DNA from: a virus
Virus record (IMG/VR): IMGVR_UViG_3300021492_000072
Length of the DNA: 64,000 bases
Strand: one strand, 5' to 3'
Part shown: piece after piece, positions 55,201-63,876 of the stretch
Numbering within the stretch: position 1 is the first letter of the stretch
Layout of the letters: each line of letters opens with the position of its first letter
Translations under genes and position numbers: made by a program
Notes under the pieces: model-generated
Database searches by the model: none
Told to the model about the DNA's origin: nothing
The model's input: the letters and a program-made list of their open reading frames with translations, nothing else

Positions 55201-55539
55201 CTAAGAACGTAGGACGTGATATCGTCTAACCTTATTTAAGTAAAGACGCAAGAAAGTTTCCTCCCCCTTCGTCAAACTCAACACATCGATTACCCATTCA
55301 ATCAAGTCCTCCTCTGTGTTAAACTCCGGGCAAGGTAAGTTAAGCTCAACCACATTATGACGCAATGCAACTTGATCCCAATCTGGGTACACCTCTTTGA
55401 ACAAAAACCAGTACGCTGTGTGGTCTGGGTTTACTTGTATGTAATACGAATCCTTTGTAGACCAACGGACAACTCTCGCCAATGTCACACATGCTCCAGA
55501 CACAGCTCGACTTAGTATTGTTGTTAACACTCGAGACAC
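55201..55539 (-). CDS. family A paralogue
   Basis: Scaffold motifs. Confidence 0.8.
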   Translation of the reverse strand: MSRVLTTILSRAVSGACVTLARVVRWSTKDSYYIQVNPDHTAYWFLFKEVYPDWDQVALRHNVVELNLPCPEFNTEEDLIEWVIDVLSLTKGEETFLRLYLNKVRRYHVLRS

Positions 55540-55569
55540 GGTCGCACCCCAACACCGGAGCGAAAGTTA

Positions 55570-55929
55570 TCACTTCATTATACAAAGATGAAGTAAATTT
55601 CTTTCCCCCTGTGACAAACCCAGTACGTCAACCAACCAATTTATCAAATCTCGCCGGGTAGGAAACTCAGGACAGCACTGTGAATTGATGGACTGTTCCT
55701 CTACTCCATATCTCAAAGCAACCCGCTTATACTGAGGATATCTTCTATGAAAACGTAGCCAGTACTCCACATGGTCAGGATATACAGTTAAAAAGTATGC
55801 TTCTATCCCATCTTCAACCCAGCATGAAACTTTTGCCCTTGTGACACAAACTTCTGGTACAGCTTGTGCCATAACAGCAGTAAGTAACTTTACTGTGTTC
55901 GCCTCACACATTTTTACGTTCTCATACAA
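55570..55929 (-). CDS. family A paralogue
   Basis: Scaffold motifs. Confidence 0.8.
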   Translation of the reverse strand: MYENVKMCEANTVKLLTAVMAQAVPEVCVTRAKVSCWVEDGIEAYFLTVYPDHVEYWLRFHRRYPQYKRVALRYGVEEQSINSQCCPEFPTRRDLINWLVDVLGLSQGERNLLHLCIMK

Positions 55930-56225
55930 AGTCGTAGTAGCTTTCTCTCTCCTCGTGACAAGCTCAATACGTCAACTAACCAATTCACCAAGTCTGCTTT
56001 GTTAAAGAATTTAGGGCAACACCCCGAAATATTGTGCTCACTCACCCCATACCTCAAAGCAATTCGTTTATAATGTGGATACTTCTTATGAAACCGTAAC
56101 CAATACTTCACGTGACTGGGGTAAACAATTATAAAGTACGCCTTAGCCAAGGGGGCGTATGTAATTTCTGCTCTCTCAACAAACACTTCTGGTACAGCTC
56201 GGGCTAGTACACGTGTTAGTGCCAA
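55914..56225 (-). CDS. family A paralogue
   Basis: Scaffold motifs. Confidence 0.8.
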   Translation of the reverse strand: MALTRVLARAVPEVFVERAEITYAPLAKAYFIIVYPSHVKYWLRFHKKYPHYKRIALRYGVSEHNISGCCPKFFNKADLVNWLVDVLSLSRGERKLLRLCMRT

Positions 56226-56228
56226 CGC

Positions 56229-56555
56229 TTACCTCCTCAACGCGAGACGCAACAAAGATCTTTCACCCCCTGTTACGCTCACTACATCAATCAGCCAGTT
56301 AATTAAGTCCTCCTTCGTGTTAAACTCTGGACAGGGGGTGAGAAGCTTAGCCGCGTTATACTTCATTGCCGCTTGCTTCCAATATGGGTAAGTTTTCTTG
56401 AACGTCATCCAATATTCCATATGGACCGGATATACATTTATGAAGTACAGCCCCTCTGAGGGCCAGCGTGTAATCCTCGCCGCTGTAACACGTACATCTG
56501 GAGTAGCTCGATCTAGTATGTGGGCCAGCATCTTGGATACCTTATCCATTATCAT
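56229..56555 (-). CDS. family A paralogue
   Basis: Scaffold motifs. Confidence 0.8.
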   Translation of the reverse strand: MIMDKVSKMLAHILDRATPDVRVTAARITRWPSEGLYFINVYPVHMEYWMTFKKTYPYWKQAAMKYNAAKLLTPCPEFNTKEDLINWLIDVVSVTGGERSLLRLALRR

Positions 56556-56869
56556 CTCTCATAGATTCGTAAAAGCTTTTGTACTCCTTTCGACAAACCC
56601 ACAGTATCTGACAGCCATTTGATAAGATCTTCACGCCTAAAAAACTCAGGACACGTTCTATCAAATTCCTGTTTAACCTCCTTTAAAACATACTTATTGA
56701 CTGCTCGACTCCACTGTGGATAAATCTTCTTAAACCAATACCAATATAGAATATGATTAGGAGTAATACGGATCCAATACAATCCCCTTGGTTCTCTAAC
56801 TATCTCTGCGGACTCAACATACATGCTTGGTACGGCCCGCTCCATAACAACAGTAAGTAAAGTCGACAC
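56552..56869 (-). CDS. family A paralogue
   Basis: Scaffold motifs. Confidence 0.8.
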   Translation of the reverse strand: MSTLLTVVMERAVPSMYVESAEIVREPRGLYWIRITPNHILYWYWFKKIYPQWSRAVNKYVLKEVKQEFDRTCPEFFRREDLIKWLSDTVGLSKGVQKLLRIYER

Positions 56870-56872
56870 AAC

Positions 56873-57256
56873 CTACACCTCACCGCATAGACGCAGAAGC
56901 TTTCTTTCCCCTGGGGATAAGCTTAACACATCTGATAACCAACTAACCAGCGCGTCTTGTGAAGGAAACTCCGGGCACAACCTGCAAACCACAACTGAAT
57001 ACACTGTTGCTCCATATTTAAACGCTAATTGTTCCCAACTAGGAAAGGTCTCCCTGAACCGCCTCCAGTACACATAAGGTCTTGGTCTAACGTCTAAAGT
57101 ATATTTATACTCAGCCTCAATTACACGAAACGCTCCTGTCTCTAAATCCAGACCCCATTGTGGGTTCGTGGGTGATTCAACTACCTGTACTGTCTCAACA
57201 CATACATCAGGTACAGCGTGAGACAAAATGAAAGTTAATAAGTGCGCCACGATCAA
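56873..57256 (-). CDS. family A paralogue
   Basis: Scaffold motifs; long loop 1 like 54747. Confidence 0.8.
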   Translation of the reverse strand: MIVAHLLTFILSHAVPDVCVETVQVVESPTNPQWGLDLETGAFRVIEAEYKYTLDVRPRPYVYWRRFRETFPSWEQLAFKYGATVYSVVVCRLCPEFPSQDALVSWLSDVLSLSPGERKLLRLCGEV

Positions 57257-57552
57257 AACCCCACACTAATCCGTAAAAGATTATTTTCCCCTTGTGTCAG
57301 ATCTAACACATCTGACAACCATTCGATCACCTTAGCTCGTGAAGAAAATATAGGAGTGAGCTTAAAACCCAAAAGACCGTGTCTAAAGCCCACTCGCTTC
57401 CAGTGCGGGTAAAGTTCCATGAACCGCTCCCAGTATCTTTCATGACTCGGTTCAACCTGGATCCAGTACATCTTTGCTGTAAACCATTGTTCAACTCTTG
57501 CCGACTCAACCCGTACATCAGGTACAGCACGTGACAGTATAGTAGCTAGCAC
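57253..57552 (-). CDS. family A paralogue
   Basis: Scaffold motifs. Confidence 0.8.
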   Translation of the reverse strand: MLATILSRAVPDVRVESARVEQWFTAKMYWIQVEPSHERYWERFMELYPHWKRVGFRHGLLGFKLTPIFSSRAKVIEWLSDVLDLTQGENNLLRISVGF

Positions 57553-57881
57553 TTATACCCCGTTTCAGTAAAAAGATGTAATAAGTTCCTCTCTCCCTGT
57601 GGTAAATTTAACGTATCTATTAACCAACCTAATAGTCCTTTTAGTGTAGGAAACTCAGGGCAGAGGCACTCTAAAGTGTGCTTCTTTGCCCCATACCTAA
57701 GAGCTATGTATTTATAGTGAGGATACCTCACATGAAAGCGCTCCCAGTATCTTTTATGATCTGGTTCAACAAACACAACGTAAACCTCATCTGACGTGTC
57801 CGGCTCATCTGACCACCACTTCACCTCAACCGATTCAACTCGCACTTCCGGGACAGCGCGTGACAATATAGCAGTTAACAC
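57546..57881 (-). CDS. family A paralogue
   Basis: Scaffold motifs. Confidence 0.8.
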   Translation of the reverse strand: MLTAILSRAVPEVRVESVEVKWWSDEPDTSDEVYVVFVEPDHKRYWERFHVRYPHYKYIALRYGAKKHTLECLCPEFPTLKGLLGWLIDTLNLPQGERNLLHLFTETGYKC

Positions 57882-58204
57882 TTACACTCCTGTTTCATCA
57901 AAAGTTGTAATAGATTTCTTTCTCCTCGCGGCAGGATCAGTACATCAAACAGCCAGTTCATTAAGTTTTCGGCGGAATCAAATTCAGGGCAAGCAGCCTC
58001 GATTGCCTTCGCTCCGTACTTCAAAGCAACTCGCTCCCAATGAGGATACCGCTTCTTAAACTGTAGCCAATAGCCACTATGATCAGGGTCTACGAAGATG
58101 AAATAGAGACGAACATCCCACCACGGAACATGGGACACCCATGCTGATTCGACTCGCGCACCTGGCACGGCACGTGACATCATGAAAGTTAATAATTGTG
58201 ACAT
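57875..58204 (-). CDS. family A paralogue
   Basis: Scaffold motifs. Confidence 0.8.
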   Translation of the reverse strand: MSQLLTFMMSRAVPGARVESAWVSHVPWWDVRLYFIFVDPDHSGYWLQFKKRYPHWERVALKYGAKAIEAACPEFDSAENLMNWLFDVLILPRGERNLLQLLMKQECKC

Positions 58205-58554
58205 GACTGTGTCCTCATATAGAAACGTAAGAAGTCACGCTTTTTCTGTGTCGCGCACGCTATGCACGCCAACCATCCAAACAAATCCCTCTTCAAAAGA
58301 AACTCAGGACAAAGACACGTGAGGCCTTCCGACCTAGTTAGCGCACCATATCTTTTACACGCCAGAAAAATAAATTCAGGATACCTATCCTGGAACCGAG
58401 ACCAGTACTTGAAGTGCTCAGGAGAAACCTGAAGGTAAAGCCGACTTCCATGGCCGGTTCGTATCTCTACCGAATCAACACATACGTCTGGAACCAACCT
58501 CTGTAACGCTGACCGAATCAATGAATCGCTCCTAATAGCATTAACATATGACAT
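58189..58554 (-). CDS. family A paralogue (divergent)
   Basis: Scaffold motifs. Confidence 0.75.
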   Translation of the reverse strand: MSYVNAIRSDSLIRSALQRLVPDVCVDSVEIRTGHGSRLYLQVSPEHFKYWSRFQDRYPEFIFLACKRYGALTRSEGLTCLCPEFLLKRDLFGWLACIACATQKKRDFLRFYMRTQSCHNY

Positions 58555-58877
58555 CTCACCACATTACTACAAAAACGCAATAGCTTCCTCTCTCCTTGTG
58601 TTAAACCTAATACATCTGACAACCAATTCAACAAGTCCGATGTTGTGGTAAATTCTGGGCAAGCAACATCATCAACCCTCGCGCCACGGCTTCGCGCTAA
58701 GTAGATGCTATCAGGGTACCGTTCTTTAAACCGACCCCAGTACTCCGCGTGATCTGGAGTAACCGCAATGAAGTACTTTTTACTCTTTGTTGATGTCGCA
58801 ACCGACGCGCGACTGACAGATACATCGGATACCGCGCGTGATAGTATGTCAGTTAATAATTGCATTAAATCATCCAA
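58518..58877 (-). CDS. family A paralogue
   Basis: Scaffold motifs. Confidence 0.8.
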   Translation of the reverse strand: MDDLMQLLTDILSRAVSDVSVSRASVATSTKSKKYFIAVTPDHAEYWGRFKERYPDSIYLARSRGARVDDVACPEFTTTSDLLNWLSDVLGLTQGERKLLRFCSNVVRCHMLMLLGAIH

Positions 58878-59242
58878 AGTCGTAATAAGTTTTTTTCACC
58901 CTGGGTTAAACGAAATATATCCGCCAACCAACTGAATAAGTCCTCCTTCGAAGCAAACACAGGACAAAGGTACAGACGACCATCTTTTGCCCTCCGTGAA
59001 GCGTTATACCTTCTACACGCTAAAGTTATAAGCTCACGGTGTTCGTGCCGGAATTGAACCCAGTACGCTTGATGATCCGGTTGAACAAATAGGTAGTACC
59101 CCTGATCACGTGCATTTACCACACGTACTGACTCAACACATACATCCGGAATTAACCTCTGAAACAATGACTGCGTCATCATAGCATTAAATGCAGCAAA
59201 TTTCTCTCTCCGTGTGTCAAGCACAAAGTATCCGACAGCCAA
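58865..59242 (-). CDS. family A paralogue
   Basis: Scaffold motifs; true start probably MMTQS. Confidence 0.78.
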   Translation of the reverse strand: MAVGYFVLDTRREKFAAFNAMMTQSLFQRLIPDVCVESVRVVNARDQGYYLFVQPDHQAYWVQFRHEHRELITLACRRYNASRRAKDGRLYLCPVFASKEDLFSWLADIFRLTQGEKNLLRLWMI

Positions 59243-59475
59243 TTAATCAGGGCCTCTCTTGCACAAAACTCCGGACAAGCAGTGAGTCTAATTTCCGCGC
59301 CGTGCTTTAACGCCAGACGCAAACAATGAGGGTACACCTCTTTGAACCGCCTCCAATACCTGTCATGATTTGGGCTAACTCGGATCCAGCACACTGCTCT
59401 GGCTGGTGATTTAACTATTTCCGCTGACTCAACTTGAACGTCCGGTACAGCCCGACTTAACACCACCGCTAACAT
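59179..59475 (-). CDS. family A paralogue
   Basis: Scaffold motifs. Confidence 0.8.
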   Translation of the reverse strand: MLAVVLSRAVPDVQVESAEIVKSPARAVCWIRVSPNHDRYWRRFKEVYPHCLRLALKHGAEIRLTACPEFCAREALINWLSDTLCLTHGERNLLHLML

Positions 59476-59482
59476 TGTAACA

Positions 59483-59782
59483 CTACTTTATAGTAAGGTG
59501 TAAAAGATTACGCTCACCTGGTGTCAAATCCAACGTGTCCGACAACCAATCAATTAAGTCCTTCTTTGTATGAAACTCTGGGCAAGCAGTGTGAAAAACT
59601 CTTGCGCCACGATCTTGTGCAAGGCCTAAACTGTAAGAGTACCTTTTTCTGAACCGTCCCCAGTACCTAAAATGGTTAGGAGTAATGTGTATATAAAACC
59701 TGTTATCAACACGAGCTATCTCTACTAACTCGACACGAGCATCAGGCACAGCACGTGCCAGTAAACGAGCTAACAATTCCAA
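59483..59782 (-). CDS. family A paralogue (first in transcription order)
   Basis: Scaffold motifs. Confidence 0.8.
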   Translation of the reverse strand: MELLARLLARAVPDARVELVEIARVDNRFYIHITPNHFRYWGRFRKRYSYSLGLAQDRGARVFHTACPEFHTKKDLIDWLSDTLDLTPGERNLLHLTIK

Positions 59783-60252
59783 TTAGAAAAGTCCTCCTCA
59801 CTAAGATATAAGTCCGTACCAACCTTAACCGCGGTCACGTCTCTAAAGAAGCATCCATGATTCGTTATATGTACAAATGTAACTGGTTCCACGCCGGAAG
59901 GTTCTATTGACAAGTGATAGTGATCGTCACAATCCACATAACATCCACGTAAATCATCAAGAGCGTAACCTAGTTTATCAACTACATGGTTATAACCACA
60001 CTCTTTAAGATCTTTATACTCCTCAATACGCCGTAACTTCACCCAGCGTTTTTGTGGGTTAACAACCTGACCATCAATCGGTTCTACATCAAAAGTCAGG
60101 CTACCGCAGACATCAGGACCGAAATAGTCCTGAAATATCTGGTACAATTCCTCATAGAGATCTTCAACGGACTGAATAGGGGTCCTAATAGCCCCCTTAA
60201 CCGCGATTCTGTAGCACTTCATAACCTTTCCTCCGGTCCCATTAATCACCAA
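59770..60252 (-). CDS. hypothetical protein
   Basis: ORF track. Confidence 0.55.
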   Translation of the reverse strand: MVINGTGGKVMKCYRIAVKGAIRTPIQSVEDLYEELYQIFQDYFGPDVCGSLTFDVEPIDGQVVNPQKRWVKLRRIEEYKDLKECGYNHVVDKLGYALDDLRGCYVDCDDHYHLSIEPSGVEPVTFVHITNHGCFFRDVTAVKVGTDLYLSEEDFSNWNC

Positions 60253-60559
60253 ACAAGGCTTCCTCTATAGAATTGTCTAATGCCACCACTTCCGACTCTA
60301 AATCTTCTAAGCAGCGTTTGACCCTAGCCAACTCCCCCTTCACCTTCTTCGCGTCTACAACATTTGTGACTGCTCCTGATGTTAAATTAAGCATGCAAAA
60401 ATCAGCTTTACCATTAAGTGCATCCTTATCTACTTCAGTACTCCCCTGTAGAACTTCCAACTTAATTGGCTCTTCAAATCTAACTACTCTATCCATCATA
60501 AACACCACAGAGACCCACACACCCCCTTGATTCCTCTCAATCGTCAAAGTGCGTTTCAT
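60242..60559 (-). CDS. hypothetical protein, family C
   Basis: Paralogue of 32406 and 60596. Confidence 0.6.
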   Translation of the reverse strand: MKRTLTIERNQGGVWVSVVFMMDRVVRFEEPIKLEVLQGSTEVDKDALNGKADFCMLNLTSGAVTNVVDAKKVKGELARVKRCLEDLESEVVALDNSIEEALFGD

Positions 60560-60595
60560 CTTTACCTCCTTCTACGGGATAAGCACTCTTCCCAA

Positions 60596-60937
60596 CTATT
60601 CCGTAACAAGTCCCTCAAACTCCTTCCTTAAATAGTCCTCAACCACACGCAACCATTCTAACCCATTCTGCTCCCTGCGCTTCACTTCATCTAAGATCGC
60701 TTTTATCTCTTGAGCGGCACGCTTCGCCTGGTTCAAATTCCCTAATGCTACTGTCTCAAATCGAAGTACGGTGAAGCTCACCTCGCCCTCCAATTTTCTT
60801 TTATCATCATAGTTAAAACCTGTAACGAGTTCCCGATGCACTAAAATATCAAACCTAACCTCAACCTCAGTGGAAACCTCAACCTTAACAATGACTCCAG
60901 TTACTCCTCGCTCAATTTCAAACCTATTAACTTTCAT
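60596..60937 (-). CDS. hypothetical protein, family C
   Basis: Paralogue of 32406 and 60242. Confidence 0.6.
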   Translation of the reverse strand: MKVNRFEIERGVTGVIVKVEVSTEVEVRFDILVHRELVTGFNYDDKRKLEGEVSFTVLRFETVALGNLNQAKRAAQEIKAILDEVKRREQNGLEWLRVVEDYLRKEFEGLVTE

Positions 60938-60948
60938 CTTCCCCTCCT

Positions 60949-61134
60949 TTAACGGCGATTACGTCTTCGACTTAATCGCGCTAACTTATTTCTTCTTCTT
61001 CTCCTTTTTACCTCTTTTTCAAAATGACCCTCTTTCCCTATACGCTTCCTCTCAAAAGCAGTTAAGGATTTTTCCATAAATTGAGCGGCATGGTACATTG
61101 TAGCTTCATCACTTATTTTACTCATTTCACTCAC
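60949..61134 (-). CDS. small basic protein
   Basis: Arg-rich tail RRRRNKLARLSRRRNR. Confidence 0.5.
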   Translation of the reverse strand: MSEMSKISDEATMYHAAQFMEKSLTAFERKRIGKEGHFEKEVKRRRRRNKLARLSRRRNRR

Positions 61135-61136
61135 CT

Positions 61137-61340
61137 CTATACAGGTAAATACAACCTACCATCTTTTCCTACAATAACCGTCACTTTCTCCTCCCACGGC
61201 AACTCAAGTCCTTCTATCTTCACCGCATCCCTCACAATAACCTTTCTCTCACCAACTTTTTCTACTTTAGTAAGCACTTCATCAAGGATGATACAAACTC
61301 CATCTTTAACTTCTTCCAGTAAGAAAAATCTTTCCTCCAT
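61137..61340 (-). CDS. hypothetical protein
   Basis: GGAGGAGG RBS. Confidence 0.55.
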   Translation of the reverse strand: MEERFFLLEEVKDGVCIILDEVLTKVEKVGERKVIVRDAVKIEGLELPWEEKVTVIVGKDGRLYLPV

Positions 61341-61350
61341 TTCCTCCTCC

Positions 61351-62061
61351 CTATGTTCGTAAAACCTGTGAGCTCTTTGATATCAACAAAAGCCTGGCTA
61401 TCTGACGTGCTTCGTCACGCTTCGCCAGCCCTCCTTTATACAAATACCACGCCAGCGCATCAGTTGGTGTGTCAAAAGTGGCTTCAATGATCCAAACTCC
61501 AACGTCGGTCTTCATCCGCCACTCAACGCTCCCTCTAAACAGGTGAAGATCCTCAACACCGCAAAAAGCTACCTTCACCCTTACCTGACGACCATCCACA
61601 ACCGTGAAGTATCTACCTCCATCACGACAAACGTATGCATCCGAGGATCCCCAATCCTCAATCACATCTTTACCAGATCGCCCCTCATACTTATAGAAAC
61701 GATTCACCTCACGAATCAAATCCCCTTTCGCGACATCCGAACTAGGAGCATACGTCACCATACCCGGTCCAAATTCATTGAATAGGACTTCTGCGTAACG
61801 CAACCTACCCTTCTCGTCGCGGAAGAAAAAAGAGACACAAGGGAGGTGGTCATCCTCCCACACACAAGCAAGATGAATATCCGTCATATCAGTCACAGGC
61901 TCAAAAGTCGAGCCTATCTCAAGGTAACCATTGTTTACTAAAGCGCCTAACGTCTCCCAACCGACTCCAAACCGCTTCTTAATTATTTCACGAACACTAG
62001 TTACCCTTGAACCCCCACACCCCATCGTCAACCTTCTCAGACAGAGCCTACGTGACTCCAC
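61351..62061 (-). CDS. hypothetical protein
   Basis: 236-aa ORF. Confidence 0.55.
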   Translation of the reverse strand: MESRRLCLRRLTMGCGGSRVTSVREIIKKRFGVGWETLGALVNNGYLEIGSTFEPVTDMTDIHLACVWEDDHLPCVSFFFRDEKGRLRYAEVLFNEFGPGMVTYAPSSDVAKGDLIREVNRFYKYEGRSGKDVIEDWGSSDAYVCRDGGRYFTVVDGRQVRVKVAFCGVEDLHLFRGSVEWRMKTDVGVWIIEATFDTPTDALAWYLYKGGLAKRDEARQIARLLLISKSSQVLRT

Positions 62062-62168
62062 AAAATCCTAACCCATCGTTCGTGACCGTACTGACTAAAT
62101 GGTACCCAGTATATTTCACAACCCAATCCACAATAGCTTTGTACCAGGTTTGAATGGAACGCTGCCTT

Positions 62169-62534
62169 CTACAACGTTCGACTCTTTATCCATCCCTCTG
62201 CAGTAATAACGAAACGTCGTAAATAATCCTCTTTCAACAAGTACAGACGCCCTTTGCTCGTCTCCTTTATCGCGCGAAGCACATCCGTCAGTACCTTCCT
62301 ACAACACTCGCCGTAATACGAAGCGGTTGAGACACCACCATGTTGTAGGACAACATGAGCAAAATCATAGTTTGAAACATGTTGATAACTTACAACCGCC
62401 TTAACTTTATTGTAATGGCCACAGATTACTAAATCTCCTTGTACTCCTCTTGTAACCTCATCTAGATTAAATGTAGCCCGTAAAACAACTCTCCGCATCC
62501 ATTGTCTCTTACGTACCCTAAACGACGCTCTCAC
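62169..62534 (-). CDS. hypothetical protein, family B domain
   Basis: LRATFNLD...G.Y...KVLTDVLRAIK.TSKGRLY.LK. Confidence 0.6.
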   Translation of the reverse strand: MRASFRVRKRQWMRRVVLRATFNLDEVTRGVQGDLVICGHYNKVKAVVSYQHVSNYDFAHVVLQHGGVSTASYYGECCRKVLTDVLRAIKETSKGRLYLLKEDYLRRFVITAEGWIKSRTL

Positions 62535-62793
62535 TGGGCTCCTCTTTTATAATATCAGTAAGGCCCAATACGTCCATAAACCTTTTAATGTCCTCGCCAG
62601 TGCCCTCTACTGTGAGTGGCGCGTCATCCGCAATATACAACATGTCACCATAGATAGCTAATGTACCTGTTTCAACTACTTCAACGCCAAAATTACGTCT
62701 AATCTCGTCTACCCATATCTGCAACACCAAATCCAAGTCCTTTATAGGAATTGCTTTGTGAACATCAATCACTACTCTCTTCCTCATCCTCAA
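62518..62793 (-). CDS. hypothetical protein
   Basis: ORF track. Confidence 0.5.
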   Translation of the reverse strand: MRMRKRVVIDVHKAIPIKDLDLVLQIWVDEIRRNFGVEVVETGTLAIYGDMLYIADDAPLTVEGTGEDIKRFMDVLGLTDIIKEEPSESVV

Positions 62794-62998
62794 TTCTCCT
62801 CATCATCTCATCTATACAATCATTCCATCCGTCTTTAAACGCACATGTAGTAGCAAAGTCTGGGTTCGTCACATCGTCTCTATCATACACCTCCCTATGA
62901 GGAATGATTGACAACACAAGGTTCTCTATCTTGATCGCGACTTCCTCAAGGTCGCCTGCACTCGATTCTAAAATCTTTAAAATCTCCTCCTTCAACAC
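62765..62998 (-). CDS. small acidic protein
   Basis: GWNDCIDEM motif, common in small phage proteins. Confidence 0.5.
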   Translation of the reverse strand: MLKEEILKILESSAGDLEEVAIKIENLVLSIIPHREVYDRDDVTNPDFATTCAFKDGWNDCIDEMMRRIEDEEESSD

Positions 62999-63007
62999 AA
63001 CACACTC

Positions 63008-63199
63008 CTAGTCGTAAGTTCCCGCGTACGTTACTACGACAAACTCCACACTCTCCTTAGTTAAGGAGAAATCGTGGGTCTTCTTATGGAACTTCACAGT
63101 CGCAGGCAAGTAACCACTCGGAGTAGGTACTTTCACCTCTTTATCCTGAAGCTCAGGCTTCAGGTTACTCAACAACTTTGCAAGCTCTTTTACTGTCAT
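63008..63199 (-). CDS. hypothetical protein
   Basis: MTVKEL...L..L....D.EV start; RBS. Confidence 0.55.
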   Translation of the reverse strand: MTVKELAKLLSNLKPELQDKEVKVPTPSGYLPATVKFHKKTHDFSLTKESVEFVVVTYAGTYD

Positions 63200-63292
63200 T
63201 CTCCCCTCCTACAAAGGGTTTACATACGTATCAGCAGGAACCCGCGCTTATCGCTAAGATATGGCGCAATGAGCATATGATAATCATATAGT

Positions 63293-63643
63293 CTATTCCC
63301 AATGTGAGTGGAGCCAAACCACGTGTGTTCTTTCGTCATCCTTAATGAACGTCAGCAAAATCTCTGTGTCATTTGGGTCAATCCAGCCACTAGGCTGCAC
63401 CAAATCCATCTCTACCATGTGTCTATATTTAACTATTATAAAACCCAAGTCCATACCAGAAACGAGTGTAGATCGCTTTCGTACTAACTTGTTCAATTTA
63501 GGAGTAGGTATATCTCCCAGATCTTCAACTACAACTCTTGGCTGCCCGTTTATAAGTAGTAAGACATTCTGAGGAACTTCTACTTCTACTATATCTCTAC
63601 CAGGACCCACACCGAACTTCCTAAACCCTATTCTCATCTTCAC
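63293..63643 (-). CDS. hypothetical protein
   Basis: GGAGG RBS. Confidence 0.55.
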   Translation of the reverse strand: MKMRIGFRKFGVGPGRDIVEVEVPQNVLLLINGQPRVVVEDLGDIPTPKLNKLVRKRSTLVSGMDLGFIIVKYRHMVEMDLVQPSGWIDPNDTEILLTFIKDDERTHVVWLHSHWE

Positions 63644-63646
63644 CTC

Positions 63647-63772
63647 CTATTGAATAAGCCCCAACCGTAACATGAAGTTTAACATCTTAAGGTTACAGAA
63701 GAACTGAACACCATCCCAACGCCTTATTAAGTACTTACCAGCACCTGGGTGGTAAGCAACTATCTTGTACAT
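63647..63772 (-). CDS. unannotated 41-aa protein
   Basis: Hand translation MYKIVAYHPGAGKYLIRRWDGVQFFCNLKMLNFMLRLGLIQ*; AAGGAGG RBS. Confidence 0.5.
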   Translation of the reverse strand: MYKIVAYHPGAGKYLIRRWDGVQFFCNLKMLNFMLRLGLIQ

Positions 63773-63812
63773 ACTTTCCTCCTTAACGCTCCATCACCAA
63801 AATTCGTGGATC

Positions 63813-63876
63813 ATTTTGAACCACCAAGTACCTATATATATTAATTATATTATAGGGGTACTTGATGGTTCAAAAT
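63813..63876 (-). promoter_or_regulatory. 20-bp inverted repeat around an AT-rich core, containing a sigma70-like promoter (TTGAAC-18-TATAAT, minus strand)
   Basis: ATTTTGAACCACCAAGTACC (63813-63832) and GGTACTTGATGGTTCAAAAT (63857-63876), one mismatch. Confidence 0.6.

Larger units (their letters stand above)
49185..59782 (-). repeat. tandem array of 32 paralogous ~100-130 aa genes (family A)
   Basis: Consensus L..IL.RAVP.V.V.S[var]YWI.V.P.H..YW.RF...YP.W...A.KYG[var]CPEF.....L..WL.DVL.L..GER.LL.L in consecutive, often overlapping ORFs. Confidence 0.95.

Noticed and set aside
49185-59782. Diversity-generating retroelement as the source of paralogue variation
   Set aside because: No reverse transcriptase in the window and no TR/VR pair with adenine-specific differences was seen; variation includes indels at all bases.
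107-63572. Most plus-strand ORFs in the track (e.g. 3372, 6273, 7128, 29539, 48188)
   Set aside because: Shadow ORFs opposite well-supported minus-strand genes, with no recognisable motifs.
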